A DNA stretch of 64,000 bases, taken from assembly GCA_950097015.1 (NCBI GenBank), contig CATNEN010000039.1:8370001-8434000 (forward strand), written 5' to 3'. Position 1 is the stretch's first letter; each line of letters opens with the position of its first letter. Positions 20,565 to 32,419 of the stretch are shown here, in pieces. Source of the stretch: Macrostomum hystrix (taxonomy: Eukaryota; Animalia; Platyhelminthes). The notes under the pieces were generated by a model. The model had not been told where the DNA came from, did no database searches, and saw only the letters and a list, made by a program, of their open reading frames with translations. The position numbers and the translations under genes are program-made.

Positions 20565-23489
20565 TCAGCCTTGAAGCCTATATCGCAGTCGAACTGGTAA
20601 ATGTTTGCGCACAATGTCTGCGTACAGCTGCCTACCAACCAGTCCATAGCCGGTGACTAGAAGGCCTTCGATAAGGTCGTCATAGCAACCGATGGCGCTG
20701 GGGACGCTGAGCAGATCCAGGCCGAGCTCCAGACCCATGCCCGGATCGCCTTCGTCGTTGGCGAACTGAACCAGAGTGACCAGCTCGTCAACCGGCTCCA
20801 GCAGGGCCAGCCGGGCCTGCCTGTCCGGCTCCGCGTCGCATTTGGCGGCCACTTTGGCCAGCAGGCGCCGGAGGCTGGCGTCTGACTCAGGCAGCTCGCG
20901 ATAGCCGACACCGTCTGAGTTCAGCGGCACGCAGAGGCCGAGGCCGTTGAGGGTGCGCGCCACCACAGGCGGGCTGGTCTTATCGGGCCGCCTGATGGCC
21001 GCCTTGGTGCCGCTGGCCGGCTGCTGAGCACTGGCAGTGTCCAGCGTGCTCAGCGGCTGGTAGCAGAACTTGGCCAGCCTCTGGAGCAGCTGGCGCTGCT
21101 GCTTATCAACTGATGAGCTGGGCAGGGACCTGGCGCGGCGCTGGGCGTGCACCCTGAGAGAGTAGGAAACAGGGACATGAGCACTGCATCTGCCATATGA
21201 GCTCTTATATAGTGTTTCCACCTTGAGAGTAATAATTTGGTGATACTAAACCCGCAGCCTGCGAGGAAGCGATTCTCCCTGCTTTGCTGACTCCTGAGAA
21301 CACACTCACATAGGATGTGTGTACATCTGCTCTGACTTTCTAATCGTCAGGCAGTGTACACTTTCACTGTGCCTCCGAGGTTGGCCCTCATGGGCGTAAA
21401 TTGCATGACAAGCCTCGATGCCTTCTCTCCGCAGCTTCGCCACAATTTAATGTGGCCTCGCCATAGATTCGAGCTCGGAGACCTTGGTGCGAGAGGAAAA
21501 CGCGTTCACAGCTCTGCCACTTACACCCCCACTCTACACGATATGATCAGGTATTTGAGCTGTTATACTCGTATTTATAAGCAGGGGATTTTTGGTGTTG
21601 TAATGTGGTAAGTTGTATGAGCAGCTAGTGTGGATCATGAGCAGGTGAGTATGAGCAGCTAGTGTGGATCATGAGCAGGTGAGTATGAGCAGCTAGTGTG
21701 GATCATGAGCAGGTGAGCATGAGCAGCTAGTGTGGATCATGAGCAGGTGAGCATAAGCAGCTAGTGTGGATCATGAGCAGGTGAGCATAAGCAGCTAGTG
21801 TGGATCATGAGCAGGTGAGTATGAGCAGCTAGTGTGTATCATGAGCAGAACGGCCCACTCACGCCAAGCTCTGCAGAATATTGTCGCCGAGCCTGACAAA
21901 GGTGCCATCAACGCTGGAGTCGTTGCAGGCTAGAAAAGCCGGCTGCAGCTCGGGCGCGTCCCGCACGTAGCCAATGTGCAGCTCCGACGTGGCATCGTCG
22001 CCTGGACGGTCGCCGACGGCAACAAACAGGGTGAGAAATTCTGGCGGGTCGTGCGCGTAGCGACAATGAGTCAGCCAGTCAAAGTCGCTATTGGCAATGT
22101 TCTGGCCATAGCAGAGCAGAAAATCAAACGGGCCGCATGGCTGCAAGCCGAGCGGTGCCAGTGAGGATTTGAAGGCGTCCACCAGCGTCAGGACTTCAGA
22201 TTCAGCTCTGTGATGGATCGGGTTGACGGACGATATTAATTGTGTATTTGTAATATCGATTGTTTATTAGCGATATTGATTGTTTATTTGTGATATCGAT
22301 TGTTTATTCGGGATATCGATTGTTTATTTGCAATATCGATTGTTTATTCGGGATATCGATTGTTTATTTGCGATATCGATTGTTTATTTGCGATATCGCT
22401 TGTTTATTTGTGATATCGATTGTTTACTTGCGATGTCGATTGTTTATTTGTGATATCGATTGTTTATTTGTGATATCGATTGTTTATTTGTGATATCGAT
22501 TGTTTATTTGTGATATCGATTGTTTATTTGTAATATCGATTGTTTATTTGTGATATCGATTGTTTATTTGTGATAACGATTGTTTATTTGCGATATCGAT
22601 TGTTTATTTGTGATATCGATTGCCTATTTGCGATATCGATTGTTTATTTGCGATATCGATTGCTTATTTGCGATGTCGATTGTTTATTTGTGATATCGAT
22701 TGTTTATATGAGATATCGATTGCTTATTTGCGATATCGATTGTTTATTTGCGATTTCGATTGCTTATTTGCGATATCGATTGTTTATTTGTGATATCGAT
22801 TGTTTTTCGGGATATCGATTGTTTTTTGCGATATCGATTGTTTATATGAGATATCAATTGTTCATTTGTGATATCGATTGCTTAGTTATATTGATTTATA
22901 AAATTTATATTGAGTTTTACTGATAGTATGGATTGCATTTTTATTGTATCGAAAACCTATTGACAATATCGATTGCCAAGACCACAAGTTCAAAAGTACA
23001 CGGATACTGTATGCAAGAACACACTCACATAGGTGAGTACATTTAACCTGACTTTCTCATCGTACTATAACGGTGCTTTGGTGGGTTCGGCCATTTAATT
23101 AGCGTAAATTGCGTGACAATTCTGATTCGCCGTGGACTCGAGCTCAGGAACTTCGATGAGAAAGTTGGACACGTTAACTACTCCACACAGTTTATATTGG
23201 TCATGTTTAACTGTCCATATTCTGCTTACCCTTTAGCAGCAGCAGCAACAGCAACAGAGGCTCCAGAAAGGCAGAACTCGAAAACTCTCAGCAGCTCATC
23301 GGGGAAGCTGACACCGCCGTAGGCGGACTGCAGAGCACGCGAAGCCTCCGAGTCGATCACAGGCAGGACGCGGATGTCAGCAGGCAGGGGAAACTGAGGC
23401 GCAGCCTGCGAGCCAATTAGAAGACGCTTGCTTGAAGGGGCCGAATCTGAGGGCCGGGCTGTCGATTGGCGTTTCTTGGCGCGAGGCAT
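20565..23489 (-). CDS. HPF1: Histone PARylation factor 1, 3 exons
   Basis: Exons 23489-23230, 22207-21863, 21153-20565 (phases 2, 2). Motifs GPFDFL, RYAHDPPEFLT, HIGYVRDAPE, GVGYRELP and VQFANDEGDPGMGLELGLDL, with the catalytic NDE glutamate retained. Confidence 0.93.
21235..21530 (-). mobile_element. SINE family A copy in HPF1 intron 2
   Basis: Homologous to 4290-4620. Confidence 0.85.
21618..21848. repeat. 34-bp minisatellite in HPF1 intron 2
   Basis: About 6.5 copies of ATGAGCAGCTAGTGTGGATCATGAGCAGGTGAGT. Confidence 0.95.
22250..22880. repeat. 20-bp minisatellite in HPF1 intron 1
   Basis: About 31 copies of ATATCGATTGTTTATTTGTG. Confidence 0.97.
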
Positions 23490-23553
23490 CTTGGCTGGGG
23501 TCTGGAAGATCCTCTATCGAATATAAACGGCCATTACACATCTACGTACATTA

Positions 23554-23784
23554 CGAAAAGTGTCGACTCTGGCGCAGCTCGCTGATTGGCTGGCTGGGTG
23601 GGGTTGGTGTCGGGGTCGGAGGACGGGGTGGGACGGGTCAGAGGTAGGGTACATGGAGGGGATGGGTTGCGTCTGTAGGCCTACCCATTAACTACACTAA
23701 CACGTCCCACCCCGTCCTCCGACCCCGACACCAACCCCACCCAGCCAGCCAATCAGCGTGCTGCGCCAGAGTCGACACTTTTCC
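23554..23784. mobile_element. MITE with ~82-bp TIRs and TA flanks (Tc1/mariner-type)
   Basis: GAAAAGTGTCGACTCTGGCGCAG...GGGACG (23555-23636) is the inverse of 23703-23783. TA on both sides. Confidence 0.8.
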
Positions 23785-24762
23785 TACTGCTATTAGAAAT
23801 TCCATAAAAACAACAATAGAAAACGCTGAGTCAGTTTGTAAGGAAAGATGCAAATCAGTAATAATCAGGCTTCGTTATTTTATTTGTTAAATAAAATTCA
23901 GCTCACTTTGGATAGTAGATAGACAGTACATTTACACAAGTTAATATTCAATGTGGCTACTGATGAACAACAAATACGTCATTTCAAATTCATGATTTCT
24001 TTAGCTCGTATTGTACCAGAAAATATAAGAACAAGCACTACAATTAGAAAACTGTAGGCCACAACTGTACAGACAAGGTGGCTGCCAAAAGCATTGCGGA
24101 GAGAGATAAAGGAAATTACGGATCCGGATCTGGAAAACACACGTTGTAGCTTCTAGTTTTAGAAATCGAATGGTCACACACCACCGCCACAACTATCGGC
24201 TAGCAGTCCAAAATCGGATAGATTAGCAATCCAAAATGGGGATAAGCTAGCAATCCATTTAACAGGTTTTTAAGCAGTAGACTAAAATACGAGTAAGATT
24301 CGCAATCCTAAATTTAGAAAGACAACAACGGGGGTGTTTCAAATACTCAAGTTTTCATTTTTCCGATGCTGACTCGGATGGCTTTGAAAGTTAGTTCATC
24401 GTAAGGGCGGAAAATGTTGATCCATTTGGTGGAATTTCACGAAAGTCGGTCATTCGGTTTGGGAGCAATAGTGAAGTGGGCAGTGCGTGTTTGAAAGATC
24501 CCCGTGGTCTCTCCCCCATAGGGAAAATATCGTGGTCTAACGTTAAGCAGTAATGTAGCTTTTGTCTCGATTTCAAACATTGTTCTTGCTTCGATTATTA
24601 AAAATGAGAACAATTAAATAACTATTCGTATAAGGCTTGGCCAGCCTAACACTATGGTAATAGAGTTAATAAATTTACAATCGGTTAAATTTGCAAGCAG
24701 GTAAAATTTCATGAAGCACAGAAACAACTTATTATCAGTAAATTTGATTGATTTCACAGTGA

Positions 24763-24808
24763 CAAACAAACAAACAAACAAACAAACAAACAAACAAACA
24801 AACAAACA
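24763..24808. repeat. (CAAA)n microsatellite
   Basis: Directly visible. Confidence 0.95.
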
Positions 24809-25005
24809 GTAAGTGCGAACACAGGGTCAGACAGAAAATAAATTTATCATCATTGTTTGTGAGCACTGGGTCATCACTTCTAATAAAATTATCACAAAAC
24901 TTCTCACTGGCTGTTGATTAACCTGCTAGTTGACCGCACAGCTCATACTGAGCTGAGCACAGTGCACATTGCTGTACAGAGTTAAAATAGCAGTCACCAT
25001 GGCAA

Positions 25006-28000
25006 TCAAGCCCTATAGATATAGACACTCATATCTGCCTCGTCTCGTCTCAGATAGTCGTTCTGGATCATCCAGTCAATTTGCTCCTTGATCATCTTCC
25101 TGCTGGGCACAAACTGTCTGGCTAGCAGGCGAATCAGCTCGCTGCAGAGCTCCGCATTGTGCATGCGCTTGCGGGACTTCATGATTGTCACGATGGCCTC
25201 CTATTGGTTGGGCAGATTTCAGTGAATTTTAAGGCATGGAAATTAATACCTGTGGGTGATGATCTACCGCTAAACGAGAATTGTGGTTGGTATGATAAAA
25301 GAGAGTCGTGATTGGCTGCGATAAAAGAGGACTGTGATTGGCTATGATAAAATAGAGTCGTGATTGGCTGTGATAAAATAGAGTCGTGATTGCCTGTGAT
25401 AAAATAGAGTCGTGATTGGCTGTGATAAAAGAGGGCGGTGATTGACTGTGATAAAAGAGAGCCGTGATTGGCTGCGATAAAAGAGGACTGTGATTGGCTG
25501 TGATAAAATAGAGTCGTGATTGGCTGTGAAAAAAGAGGGCGGTGATTGACTGTGATAAAAGAGAGCCGTGATTGGCTGCGATAAAAGAGGACTGTGATTG
25601 GCTGTGATAAAAGAGGACTGTGATTGGCTGTGATAAAAGAGGGCTGTGATTGGCTGTGATAAAAGAGAGTCGTGATTGGCTGCGATAAAAGAGGGCTGTG
25701 ATTGGCTGTGATAATAGAGAGTCGTGATTGGCTGTAATAAAAGAGAGTCGTGATTGGCTGTGATAAAAGAGGGCGGTGATTGACTGTGATAAAAGAGAGC
25801 CGTGATTGGCTGCGATAAAAGAGGACTGTGATTGGCTGCGATAAAAGAGGGCTGTGATTGGCTGTGATAATAGAGAGTCGTGATTGGCTGTAATAAAAGA
25901 GAGTCTGATTGGCTGCGATAAAAGAGGACTGAGATTGGCTGGGATAAAATAGAGTCGTGATTGGCTGCGATAAAAGAGGACTGTGATTGGCTGTGATAAA
26001 AGAGGACTGTGATTGGCTGTGATAAAAGAGGGCTGTGATTGGCTGGGATAAAATAGGGTCATAATTTTGCCGAAAGACACTAGTGATTAGATATAACAAA
26101 TTAAAGGAAAATGGCCTTCTGTTTACTGCTGAGCATTAAAACCCATACCTGCACACGGAGCACACGCAGGTGAACAATTTCTTCGTTTTCTTCTTCGCGT
26201 ACTTTCTCAGTCTGCAGCTGCAGCCGGCCAATCAGATTGAGCTTGCCGCGCTTCTGCACCTTCTTGTTTTTGCTGCGTTATTGAAAAGCAAAAGCTATTT
26301 AGCATGCAATTGATTGCAACAAGTGTCTGATGCATGATCTCTGGCTCTAGACAGATCGATAAAACTGATAGCTAAGCCAGTTGTGAACAAGGGGGTTTGT
26401 TAGGAGAGAAGGCTCGGGGGCTTGTCGTGCAATTTACGCCCTTGAGGGCCAACCTCCAAGGCACAGTGAAGTGCACACTGTCTAACAATGAGAAAGTCAG
26501 CGCAGATGTACCTGTGTGTGCGTGCGTGTGTGCTCAGGAGTCAGCGAAATTGGCTGCATGGCCTCCTCGCTGGCTGCAGGTCTAGTGTCACCAAATGATG
26601 TGCCATTTTAAGTAATTACTATTGTTATAAAAAACCTGGTACCCATTTTACTGCTTGATTGGTAAAGTGTTACGAGTACTGTAATTGGGATTCCATCGGA
26701 CTGCTTAACAGTAGGACTACCAAGCCATTTTGCCGCCCGTTTTTATACCAAGGGGATGGGGGAACTTTTCCAAAACACGGTGGAAATTCCCCCCCCCCTG
26801 ACAATTTTTTTGCTGCACCCGAACGGAACAATGCAAGCAAGCACACGAAACTCAAGAACACGGGCCAACTTTTTGTTGCGCATCTTCTGAAACAAGAAAC
26901 AAGTCGCCAGCTCTTCAGACCGTCGAGATATTCAATGTTTCTGGCCGAAGGTCCGATATTTCCCATAAGCGCTAGTGTATTTCATACACCCCTATACACG
27001 AATTAGCACTGCGCCTCAGTGCGGCCTTGCCAGGCCTTCAAACTTTATCAGAATGCCCCCGAATGTGCTTGCATCATCTCCGACTTCGGCGGTCACCGAC
27101 CTTTATCTAGACGGAGCTGCTGGACCTTCAACAAGTGGCACCAGCCGACTATGGAGTCCCTAAAGCGAATTTCTCTACTTTCGGTGATCAAGCCTCGACA
27201 TTGGGCAACACTCAACTACTTTACATGCTCCTCTAGTCCGTCAACCAATCAGTCACCACCCCGACGCCGTCAGCATCGTCAGCAATGTGCCTCCAGCTGG
27301 CAATGGAGTCCCTGAAGCGAATTTTTCTACTTTCTCTAATAAAGCCTCGATATTGGCCTAAACTCAACTATTACTTGTTTAAGGTCCAGCTGCTCCGTCT
27401 AGATAAAGGTAGGTGACCACCGAAGACGGAGATGGTGCAAGCACATTCGGGTGACATGCTGATCAATTTTGAAGGCCTGGCAAGGCCGCACTGAGGCGCA
27501 GTGCTAATTCGTGTATAGGGGTGTATGAAATACACTAGCTCTTATGGGAAAAATCGGACCTTCAGACCTTCTGAAACATCGAATATCTCGACGGTCTGAA
27601 GAGCTGGCGACTTGTTTCTTGTTTCAGCAGATGCGCAACAAAAAGTTGGCCCGTGTTCCTTGTAGTTCTACTGTTAACGATGCGAATTGTTCTGCTGTGG
27701 GTTGAGATTTTAGCTCTAGACCTCCTAGGTTGTTCAGAGCTTAAAACTACAAGAATGTCAGAAAATTTTCACCGGAATGTAAAAGCAGATTTTTTCAAAG
27801 AAGGAATTGCTGGCCAAAGCAAGCTCACACAATGCAGAAGCTGTTATTGAGCCAAAACACGGTGGCCGAGCTGAAATCTCTGGCAGAAGCCACATCGGGA
27901 GAGTAGCACAGCAGCTGGTGGGCCAGCTTGGGGTAGGCCACCAGCGACCAGAGGGTGCGGCGCAGCTCACCGTCGGGCAGCTCCGTGGCCAATCGGAGGC

Positions 28001-31000
28001 TCTCGAAGCTGATCCGATCATGCCTGCGCGGATTCCAGGCGTACAGCACCGCCATCTGGAAGGTGGTGACGTCGATGTCGTAGCGGCCAACATCGCTATC
28101 GAAGCAGACGGTGCCGTTGGACATGAGGTGATTCCAGTGCAGCCGCCTGCCCAGGTGCTTCTGCTTGTAGAATTCTTCCACCCTGGGCACAAAATCCTCC
28201 AGCTCCCTGGGCAGCGTGACCGCAATCCGCTCCGACGGCCGCAGCCAGGAGCCCATGTTCAGAATCTTGATGCTGACTGTCTCGGCCATGGCCTCCTGGC
28301 TATTGTTGCGCAGTTGCTCCTTGAACTCCAAGTTGAGATCGCCGGACACTTTCACGTCCTGGAACATTCTGGCCAGCTTATTGACATACTCGGCTGGCAT
28401 GCCGCCCTCCCGGAGCCAGTCAACCATGGCCTCCTCCTTCTCGGTGTCGGCTGAACTGTCCAGAATCAGGCGCCGCGTCAGGTGGGCCTTGTGGTACTTC
28501 ATGAACACGTCTTTATTCTGCACGTACTTCAGCACCAGCAGAACATCTTTGAGGCGCTTCTCAACCTGAAATAGATTATGTCAGGACATAAGCCAATGCA
28601 CCAAGATGATGTCAGGAGATGAGCCAATGCACCAAGCTGATGTCAGGACATAAGCAAATGCACCGAGCTGATGTCACGACATAAGCCAATGCACCAAGCT
28701 GATGTCAGGACATCAGTCGGTGCAGCAAGCTGATGTCAGGACATAAGCCAATGCACCAAGCTGATGTCAGGACATAAGCCAATGCACCAAGCTGATGTCA
28801 GGACATCAGTCGGTGCAGCAAGCTGATGTCAGGACATGAGCCAATGCACCAAGCTGATGTCAGGACATGAGCCAATGCAGCAAGCTGATGTCAGGACATC
28901 AGTTTGTGCAGCAAGCTGATGTCAGGACATCAGTCAGTGCAGCAAGCTGATGTCAGGACATGAGCCAATGCACCAAGCTGATGTCAGGACATGAGCCAAT
29001 GCAGCAAGCTGATGTCAGGACATGAGCCAATGCAGCAAGCTGATGTCAGGACATCAGTTTGTGCAGCAAGCTGATGTCAGGACATGAGCCAATGCACCAA
29101 GCTGATGTCAGGACATGAGCCAATGCAGCAAGCTGATGTCAGGACATGAGCCAATGCAGCAAGCTGATGTCAGGACATCAGTTTGTGCAGCAAGCTGATG
29201 TCAGGACATGATTCAGTAAGCTAACTCTACCTCATCAGACGTTAGCCGCTTGCTAAGCGGAGTCTTGCGCAGCAGCATGTCGCAGTAGTTGGCGAGCTGC
29301 TCCGGGCAGCGTGACTCCGGTAAGGTTTTCCCTCCGGCAGCCTTCTTGGTTGGCAGGTCCAGCCGAAAGACAGACGTGTCGTTCACGATGGCTTCGTAGG
29401 CGATGTCGCGGGAAGTTAAAAATCGCGGATCGTTGCCAAACGCCCGATCCACCAAGCTGCTAAACTGCTCAAACAGATCGAGTAGTTTCTCCACGTACTG
29501 CTCTGAGTCTGACAGGATCAGCTGAGCGCTGGCGACCATGTTCTCGAGGCCTTTCTGCCGAATGTGCCGCTCTAGGAACACACGCATCGGCTGTACACCG
29601 TCGGTGACGCGGTCGAGAAGGCTGAACATCAAACGCAGCCGCTCCGTTTGGCCCTCGTTAATCATTGGCTCGCACTCCTGGAGAATGGCCTCTTTAAAGG
29701 CGCTGACCTGAGTTCAGCGGAGCGCAGTGAAGCCACTATTAGCTGCGATTCCAGCTGCGATTCCAGCTGCGATTCTAGCTACGGATCTTGCAGCGATTCT
29801 AGCTACGGATCTTGCAGCGATTCTAGCTACGGATCTTGCAGCGATTCTAGCTACGGATCTTGCTGCGATTCTAGCTGCGATTCTAGATGCGACTTTAGCT
29901 ACGGATCTTGCAGCGATTCTAGCTGCGATTCTAGATGCGACTTTAGCTATGGATCTTGCTGTGATTCTAGCTACGGATCTTGCAGCGATTCTAGCTACGG
30001 ATCTTGCTGCGATTCTAGCTGCGATTCTAGATGCGACTTTAGCTACGGATCTTGCTGCGATTCTAGCTACGGGTCTTGCTGCGATTCTAGCTGCGATTCT
30101 AGATGCGACTTTAGCTACGGATCTTGCTGTGATTCTAGCTACGGATCCTGCTGCGATTCTAGATGTTGTTGCTGTCATCGCAGATGCTACTGCCTTTTAA
30201 TACGACAGGCAGTAGTATATGTGACGAATCAAATGAAGACGCTAAACTTACGAGAACTTCCACGCATCTTGCCACCAGCTTAGCAACAGAGCTGCAGCCA
30301 GGCTTGGTTTCCAAATAGCGCTTGGCCCGCTCCTCTTCTTCTTTCAGCTTCTTGTCCGCGTACTCCATGTACTCTTGAACACCCCGCTCGCTCAGGTGCT
30401 GATTAGCCTGGGCCCGGTAGAAAGTCTCCGTGCTATCCAGGTAGGAGCGCTCGAAATTCTCCTCATAGATTCGAAGTCGCTCATCTGAGGTTGGACTGAG
30501 ATTTACGTAGCTCTCGCGAACACCAATCACAAGGCTGGCATCGATCAGCTCGCCGCGGCGCTCCTGCTCCACTAGCTTCATGGCCGAGGCCTGGCGTGCC
30601 GGTTTCAAGGAGACGGGTTTGAGTGGCATGGAGTCTTCAGATGCAGTCTTAGGTGATTCAGTGTGCTCATTAGCTACCCTCAGGTGATTCAGTATGCTTA
30701 TTAGCTACCCTCAGGTGATTCAGTGTGCTCATTAGCTACCCTCAGGTGATTCAGTATGCTTATTAGCTACCCTCAGGTGATTCAGTGTGCTCATTAACTA
30801 CCCTCAGGTGATTCAGTGTGCTCATTAGCTACCCTCAGGTGATTCAGTATGCTTATTAGCTACCCTCAGGTGATTCAGTGTGCTCATTAGCTACCCTCAG
30901 GTGATTCAGTGTGCTTATTAGCTACCCTCAGGTGATTCAGTGTGCTCATTAGCTACCCTCAGGTGATTCAGTGTGCTCATTAGCTACCCTCAGGTGATTC

Positions 31001-31739
31001 AGTATGCTTATTAGCTACCCTCAGGTGATTCAGTGTGCTCATTAGCTACCCTCAGGTGATTCAGTATGCTTATTAGCTACCCTCAGGTGATTCAGTGTGC
31101 TTATTAGCTACCCTCAGGTGATTCAGTGTGCTTATTAGCTACTCTCAGGTGATTCAGTGTGCTTATTAGCTACTCTCAGGTGATTCAGTGTGCTTATTAG
31201 CTACCCTCAGGTGATTCAGTGTGTTTCTGCTAACCTCAGGTAAAAATCGAGGCTAAAAGTAGAACCTGTTATATATATTAGTCACCAACCTGAAGTCTAT
31301 GCTTTATATCCATAAAGATATTTTGATTCCAAGCTTTCAGCATAATTTTCGTCACATATCGACTCTCTTTAGACGCCTTCTTAGAAGTGGAGGTGTGTTG
31401 CTTGACGCCCAGTGTACTCTCCACCTGGCTGAAAGGCTTGGGCAGATATTCGCACAGGGTGAAGAACTTCTTCCATTCGACAATGTAAGCTTTGAGGAGG
31501 GCGCTGTCCTCCTGGTGCTGCATAACGCGCCTCTCCGCATTCTTCACATAGCCAGTGATGACCTCGTCAAGGGCTGCAATGAGTTTCTGAGGCCCACTCT
31601 CGTCCCAGACGCTGATGTTATGCACAGCAGCAAATAGGTCGTGCCATTCAGCTTTGCTGACATTCTGCTGGTATAACAGCTTCTGCAGTGTCACATGCAC
31701 AGCTGGCCACTTGCTTTCAAATGTGTCCGTTTTCTGCAT
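25006..31739 (-). CDS. CUL5: Cullin-5, 6 coding exons
   Basis: Exons 31739-31290, 30590-30252, 29707-29231, 28565-27829, 26272-26149, 25200-25006; all GT-AG and in phase. CUL5-specific motifs FESKWP, PESRCPEQLANYCDMLLRKTPLSKRLTS, LKYVQNKDVFMKYHKAHLTRRLIL, KVQKRGKLNLIGRLQL, EAIVTIMK (NEDD8 lysine). Confidence 0.96.
25295..26055. repeat. 26-bp minisatellite in CUL5 intron 5
   Basis: Variants of GTGATTGGCTGTGATAAAAGAGGACT, about 29 copies. Confidence 0.96.
26405..26607 (+). mobile_element. SINE family A, 5'-truncated copy
   Basis: Homologous to the SINE A body and 3' end. Confidence 0.8.
26709..27673. mobile_element. Foldback-type non-autonomous DNA element with ~270-bp inner inverted repeats, flanked by TTAA
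   Basis: 26857-27128 is the inverse of 27381-27657. Termini are TTAA|CAGTAGGACTAC ... GTAGTTCTACTG|TTAA. Confidence 0.82.
28575..29212. repeat. 31-bp minisatellite filling CUL5 intron 3
   Basis: About 20 copies of GCTGATGTCAGGACATGAGCCAATGCACCAA. Confidence 0.96.
29740..30165. repeat. 12/24-bp minisatellite in CUL5 intron 2
   Basis: Alternating GCGATTCTAGCT / ACGGATCTTGCA units. Confidence 0.95.
30648..31240. repeat. 31-bp minisatellite filling CUL5 intron 1
   Basis: About 18 copies of CAGGTGATTCAGTRTGCTYATTAGCTACCCT. Confidence 0.97.
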
Positions 31740-32419
31740 TGTTTGCTTTTTTATTGTAGCTTAGTAATAATTGTAAACTGATAATTAGTAACTGCTTTAG
31801 CTAGTCGAGAACTGAAAATCAGAAGTATTTTGTTAGAGAAAAAAGAAAAATCAAAGCTTAAAAATATTCTGTTGGATTACGTATAAACTTCATATTTTAC
31901 CACAATACCTACTTATAGCCTAGAGTTGGATTTTCTAAGCTTAGGATTGAATTTGCATTTGAGATAATATTTTTTACATTTTTAATACTTAAATGTTTTA
32001 ATAACCTTTACTATGTGTCTAATTATAAAAACCTAATATTTAGGATTGATCATACATGCGCAACACCCGGCCGAGCCGGCCGAACCGGCCGGGTGAAACG
32101 AGGGCCAAGCAAGGTAAGTCGCAAAAACCAATCGACCAAGCGCAAAAAAATCAAAGGGGGGACCAAGGGACAAAAAAGGAAGGCGTGAAGAAAAGGAAAA
32201 AGGGGAGAGAAAAAGAGAGCAAATGAGAGCAAACTAAGTCGTAAATAGAGCAATGAAACGAACTAAGTCGCAAATGAGAGCAAAAACTAAGTCGCAAGGC
32301 CGGCTAAGATTTGGGTGGTTGCGCATGTATGGGATTGATCAGTGAAATTAGAGAAATTAGCACCAGTGTCCATAGTGGCCAATTTCCACCTGTTGTAGCC
32401 CTTGAAAGTCTAGCAAATC

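Noticed and set aside
21618-31240. CRISPR-like appearance of regular 26-34-bp repeats
   Set aside because: Units are contiguous with no unique spacers, there are no cas genes, and the context is eukaryotic introns.
14140-31240. Repeat unit lengths clustering near 21 and 31 bp (2-3 helical turns)
   Set aside because: Other arrays have 12, 16, 26 and 34-bp units; the sample is too small to claim periodicity.
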